Shown here: in pieces, positions 9,775 through 14,413 of the stretch
Numbering within the stretch: the first letter of the stretch is position 1
Layout of the letters: each line of letters opens with the position of its first letter
Origin: Chrysomallon squamiferum
Taxonomy: Eukaryota > Animalia > Mollusca
Length of the DNA stretch: 14,413 nt
Reading direction: 5' to 3'
Assembly (NCBI GenBank): GCA_012295275.1
Contig: SMMR01000021.1
Coordinates: 1-14,413, forward strand
Notes under the pieces: model-generated
Database searches by the model: none
What the model saw: the letters and a program-made list of their open reading frames with translations, nothing else
Told to the model about the DNA's origin: nothing
Program-made: the position numbers and the translations under genes

Positions 9775-10780
9775 TAATTAACCTTTCACTGTTAACTAAC
9801 AAGTATATAATCAGTAAAAGAAAGAAATGTTTTCTGAGTTAGCTTTCACTGAAAACTAACAATTTCATATCAGTAAAAGAAATAATGAAAGTCAACTTTC
9901 ACTGTTAAAAAAAAAGTTCAGATAGTAAGAGAAACAATAACTGAGTTAACTTTCACTGTTAACTAACAAGTTCATATTTACAGAAATAGTTTTCTGATTT
10001 AACTTTCATTGTTAGCTAGTTTTTATATCAGTGACTGAAATAGTGTTTTCTGAATTAAGTTTTCATTTTTAGTTGTCACCTTCATCTTTTGAATGTTTCA
10101 CTGTTAACTATTTTATAAAAGTGACAAAAATTGTTGTTTTCTGAACAACAACAACTTTCACATTAGTGATAATAATACAATTACATCACTCTTTCACTGT
10201 TAACTATTTTATATCATGACTGAAATGAGTTTTCTGAATTAACTCTGAACTGATAGAAGTACTGTTTCTGTTTCACTGTTAACTATTTTATATCAGTGAC
10301 TGAAATAGTGTTTTCTATTAACTCTTTCACATTTGATTTTATATTTACTGGGTTTGACAAAGTTTTCCAAGTTTGTTAACTATTTTATTTTAAAAAGTGA
10401 CTGAAATAGTGTTTTCTGAATTAACTAAAATACAGATCCTAAAAGTACTGTTTAACTGTTTCACTGTTAACTAACAATTTTATATCAGTGACTGAAAAAT
10501 AGTGTTTCTGAATTAAATCTTTCACATTTAACTAACACTGTTTACTGTTTCACTGTTAACTAAATATCATTGACTGAGTTAACTTGTCACTGTTAACTAA
10601 CAAGTTCATATTAGTGAGAAAGAAATACTGTTTACTGTTTCACTGTTAACTATTTTATATCAGTGACTGAAATAGTGTCTTCTGAATTAACTCTTTCACA
10701 TTAGTGATAGAAGTACTGGTTTTGCAGTTTACTCTTTCACTGTTAACTATTTCATATTAGTGAGAGAAATGATGTTTTCT
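9775..10780. repeat. Degenerate compound minisatellite with core TTTCACTGTTAACTA (units of about 55-90 bp)
   Basis: TTTCACTGTTAAC and the extension TTTTATATCAGTGACTGAAATAGTGTTTTCTGAATTAAC recur many times (e.g. near 9785, 9951, 10097, 10192, 10271, 10458, 10548, 10638, 10735). Confidence 0.9.
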
Positions 10781-11124
10781 TGTATGCAGGAAACTAGTTA
10801 AGTAAAAACAGTAAAATAAATGAGTAAATAAATATTTGAAATGAATTAGAAAATAAAATAAATAGCAGACAAAATAAAATAAAAGTAAATATAAATATAA
10901 ATAAAGTATGGTACAGTGAAGTAAATGCAGGGAAAGTTAAAATTGTTGAGACAGAAATAACATTTTAAAAATTATCAGATACACACACAAACTCTCTATC
11001 ATTGACACAAACATACACACAGACAAGACCTTTATATTAGCTAAGTTTTCATCTCCTGCAATGCTTAACAAAATAGATTCTACACAAAACATTTGATAAA
11101 AATACTGTAAAAGTCTTTACATAC

Positions 11125-11219
11125 CTCTCCTCATCTGTTCAGTTCACCAGAACCCACAGTGTATTTGAAAGCAGAAACTGAGACTTCATATATTCATGTT
11201 ACTAATGGAATCTCAAATC
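11125..11219 (-). pseudogene. Decayed exon B
   Basis: Acceptor CTTCAG|GATTTGAGATTCCATTAGTA, donor GAG|GTATGT. Reads FEIPLVT*IYEV... and aligns by eye to 8926-9014, including the adjacent intron. Confidence 0.45.
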
Positions 11220-11479
11220 CTGAAGATGAATAAATGTCATAATTAGATGTCTTTAAACATGTCCAAATGTACACAAGTGTAGTTAAAATTATATTGTATG
11301 TATATTAAACATCCATGCTGAGCTATATTCCTGTGACAAAACATTTTTCAAGATGTAAATCTTAGTTCTACCTTTAATGGAGGAATACACGTATAAACAG
11401 ACTGAGGGACACAGACATGTAAATAAATAAAACTATAGAGATTGGTAAACAGAGAAAATGATCTAGAAGTAAAGAGATC

Positions 11480-11512
<33 letters not shown>
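11480..11512. repeat. (AAT)11 microsatellite
   Basis: Read directly. It accounts for the poly-I and poly-L runs in ORFs 11348..11587 and 11374..11589. Confidence 0.96.
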
Positions 11513-11513
<1 letters not shown>

Positions 11514-11674
11514 GATAAATCAAATAAAAAATCATATTGATAATGAGATTCAGACAGAAAGAGAAAGACAGATGGGAAAACAGACACATTTCATTTCAAA
11601 TAAAACATCTAACAAACCCTGAAATAATAAAAATTAAGAATGAAAGTAAAACAAAATCTTTTTTTTCGATTTAC

Positions 11675-11773
11675 TTTGCCTCTTCCATGTTGTCAGTTTA
11701 TGTTCTGAGTTCTTGGTTTATGAGGTTTACTAATTTGTCATCTCCAGTTGTCAGCTTCATCTTCTGAATGATG
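11675..11773 (-). pseudogene. Decayed exon A (99 nt)
   Basis: Acceptor CTTCCTTACAG|, donor |GTAAAT. Reads IIQKMKLTTGDDKLVNLINQELRT*TDNMEEA; the stop TAA aligns with TAC (Tyr) in the paralogue. Confidence 0.55.
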
Positions 11774-12437
11774 CTGTAAGGAAGATCAACTCTGTGTTAA
11801 AAACATGAAATTAGAAAAACAAAAAATATTAACATCTTCCTTATGATGACAAAGAGGAGAATTAAAGTATCAGACTGAGCCTGTTTTCAAACACGTCGAC
11901 TTTTTAAAAACATGAACTTTTTTTAGAAAAATAAAAATATTAACATAATTCAGATATGATAAAATTAAACAATGGAGGAATTAAACAATGGATTTCAGTC
12001 AAGAAACAATCTGAATGTTTTGAAATACTGTCACAACTTCTGTATGGAATATTACACAGTTTTTATCCCAAAAATGTATGTCTGAAAGGGTTAAAAATCA
12101 GTCTGAATATAAACATTTTAAAGGAAGTTACTTTTCTTATTATTAAACTTTTCTGTGCTGAAGTAAGAACTGACATGTAAGTTAAAGAATAATTAAATAA
12201 ATATAAAAGAAATAAAACAGTAAATATAAATAAATAAATAATTATTTTATTTTAGTTTTTTTTTAATTTGTATTGTAATGTACTTTGATATTAGGTGTAA
12301 AATAACTGAAGACATTAAACATTTTATAGAATATATATTGATGAAAACAAACTTCAAGACTAATCTGTCAGTATATTACTACACATTTTCTTTTACCTAA
12401 TCACTAAGAACTTTAACTAGATGATTCTAAACCTTAC

Positions 12438-12876
12438 ACTACTGTTACCAGAATCTTCTTTGTATGACCAATATGCTGAATCTTCCTCCACAGTGCTTGG
12501 GCACTGCTGAAAAAACATCTCCTTGAACTCTTTCACTGCTGCACTGGAGACGTCTTTCTCAAAGTCGGTCTAGATAATCTGTGGCTTCAAATTGAAGTTT
12601 TTTTCTGCTTCAATCTTCAAGAGTTGAAAAACTGAGACATAAGTCGCTTGAGTCTTGTTTGGAAGGAACATGTAAACAAGAGGGTATGTGATGTCCTGGA
12701 ATTCTGCATGAAGAGTGTAAAACCAGTGTTTCATATCACAGACTCTTAACACCTGCTTCAATGTGATATGATGAATTACCTCCCTTTTTCTTAGTTCACC
12801 AGTCTGAGTGTACTGGTCTCCATGGAGATTGTACCTGTCAAATACAGAACTGCTACCTGTACAAGATGTTCATAAT
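12438..12876 (-). pseudogene. Mutator-like (MULE) transposase core, pseudogenised exon
   Basis: WFYTLHAEFQDITYPLVYMFLPNKTQATYVSVFQLLK...LKPQII*TDFEK...(fs)CFFSSAQALWRKIQHIG matches the MULE pattern QLYTIH..PLVYxLLPxKTxxTY..F..LK..P..IxTDFE..GCxFHxxQALWRKIQ. The DGTF motif is deleted and the CxxH His is lost. It is bounded by acceptor TTTCAAG| (12877) and donor |GTAAGG (12437). Confidence 0.88.
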
Positions 12877-13366
12877 CTTGAAATAATTTACAATTTATTA
12901 ATTTCATCAAACAAACAAAAAATATAAATAAATAAAGAAAGAAAGAAAGAAATATTATTATTTCGTTGATTTTGTTTCTAGTAAGAAATAGTGCATCCAT
13001 TACCATTACAAGTTAATAAAATACTTAAATAAATGTGTGGATTTTTTGTTGTTGTTTAAGAATATAAAACAGTTCATTCACAGAAGTAAAGTTTGCATTT
13101 GTATGGTTATCAAAACAACATAATGAAAGTATTCAGTAAGGTTGCTAGTAATTTTCTAGTCACAACCTTTTATATCATTTTATTTACATTGTTGCAAAAT
13201 GACAGAAAGAATTAAAAAAATATTTTTTTAATTAAAACATTAAACCTTTTATTTCTGATTAAATGAAATATCATTCCCTGAAAGAGATGTAATACAGGGA
13301 ACTATCACAACTAAATTTGCTGCAGAATTAGAAACACATAACAACATTTCTAGGAAATCCACTCAC

Positions 13367-13457
13367 ATTTCCATTAACAAGGCCAGAGATCTTTCCCTGA
13401 CATCTTTGAAAAGACCAAGCGGGTTTCCAGGTGTGTCCATATAATCAAGAATTATCA
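13367..13457 (-). pseudogene. Candidate upstream exon (91 nt) of the MULE transposase gene
   Basis: Acceptor TGTTCAG|, strong donor |GTGAGT, open frame IILDYMDTPGNPLGLFKDVRERSLALLME. It ends in phase 2, which joins in frame to the MULE-core frame of the 12876 exon. Confidence 0.55.
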
Positions 13458-13859
13458 CTGAACATTAAATAAAGAAAATACAAAAATAATGTAGCTTTAA
13501 TTATAAAACAAGAGCACACACACATACAAGTTAACTATTTAACTTTCACTTTTCTTATAAATGTAATAAAAAGTAAGTGTAAATTAAAATATTCAAAATA
13601 TTCAAAATATTCAAAATTATAAAATTATTTTGTAAAATAAATATTTATTTTTAATCATCTGCTTTTCATTGTGGACATATTGTTTCTGTGTTTCCTTTCC
13701 TGAATGTCTGTAAAGTTGGCTTTGATGATGTACATTAAGAAATTCATATAAGTTCGTTTTGTCATTTGTTCTTAGATTTTTCAAAATACTTTCTTTCAAT
13801 TAAGGTTTAATCTGCATTTTTCAATTCTAATGAAGGTTTAATCTGCATTTTAATTTTAA

Positions 13860-14300
13860 AGCATAGTTTTTAAATTTAAATACAATATAAAATGAAGTGT
13901 TATTTAAATATGTAATGAAATATGCTAATTTTAATATGCTGACAAGAAAATCATAGTTTATAATAAAATTTAAACTTTACAATATAAATATGCCAACAGG
14001 AAAATGTTAATTTAAAATGTTATGAAATTAATTTTAATATGACAAGAAAATCATAGTTTAATGCCAACAGGAAAATGTTAATTTAAATATTTATGAAATA
14101 TGCTAATTTTAATATGCTGACAAGAAAATCATAGTTTATAATAAAATTTAAACTTTACAATATAAATATGCCAACAGGGAAAATGTTAATTTAAATATGC
14201 CAACAGGAAAATGTTATTTAAATATGTAATGAAAATGCTAATTTTAATATGACCATAGTTTAAAATATGAAATATGCTAATTTTAATATATGACAAAAAA
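13860..14300. repeat. Irregular AT-rich tandem repeat (unit about 110 bp, with partial copies)
   Basis: Blocks TATGCTAATTTTAATAT, GACAAGAAAATCATAGTTTA and ATGCCAACAGGAAAATGTTA each recur 3-4 times. 13915-14015 is nearly identical to 14093-14195. Confidence 0.9.
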
Positions 14301-14413
14301 TATGTTTTATTCATTTAAACTTTTCTTGTATATATCTAAAAATGTTCAGCTTAAAAATAATCATTTTAGAAATTTATGGATTAAAACAGAAAGTCAAGGT
14401 TAGGAACATCAAC

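Noticed and set aside
11348-11767. Hydrophobic ORFs with poly-I/poly-L and the + strand ORF 11537..11767
   Set aside because: The first two derive from (AAT)n and AG-rich low-complexity DNA; the third is antisense to decayed exon A.

Overview
AT-rich, repeat-dense eukaryotic DNA, most likely from an invertebrate animal (inferred from the TE types, spliceosomal-type splice signals and microsatellites). I found no intact, recognisable gene, RNA gene or CRISPR array, and most ORFs in the track are repeat artefacts. The window is mainly decayed transposons: (i) the 3' half of a non-LTR retrotransposon ORF2 (about 1.2-2.65 kb, +); (ii) an exon-like fragment of a Gypsy-type/GIN-Ginger-like integrase Zn-binding region (about 3.8-4.0 kb, +); (iii) an internally deleted 697-bp Tc1/mariner-superfamily element with 21-bp TIRs and TA flanks (7058-7754); (iv) a minus-strand, apparently intron-containing Mutator-like (MULE) transposase pseudogene (about 12.4-13.5 kb). 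Downstream of (iv) on the same strand lie a duplicated pair of decayed exons and a terminal exon broken by a minisatellite (about 8.05-11.8 kb). Five minisatellite arrays and several microsatellites are interspersed, and two candidate + strand host exons lie at 5.8-6.6 kb. The most interesting signal is the possible multi-exon MULE-derived gene. I do not see evidence for a new functional system. All family calls come from motif recognition by eye, not from database searches.
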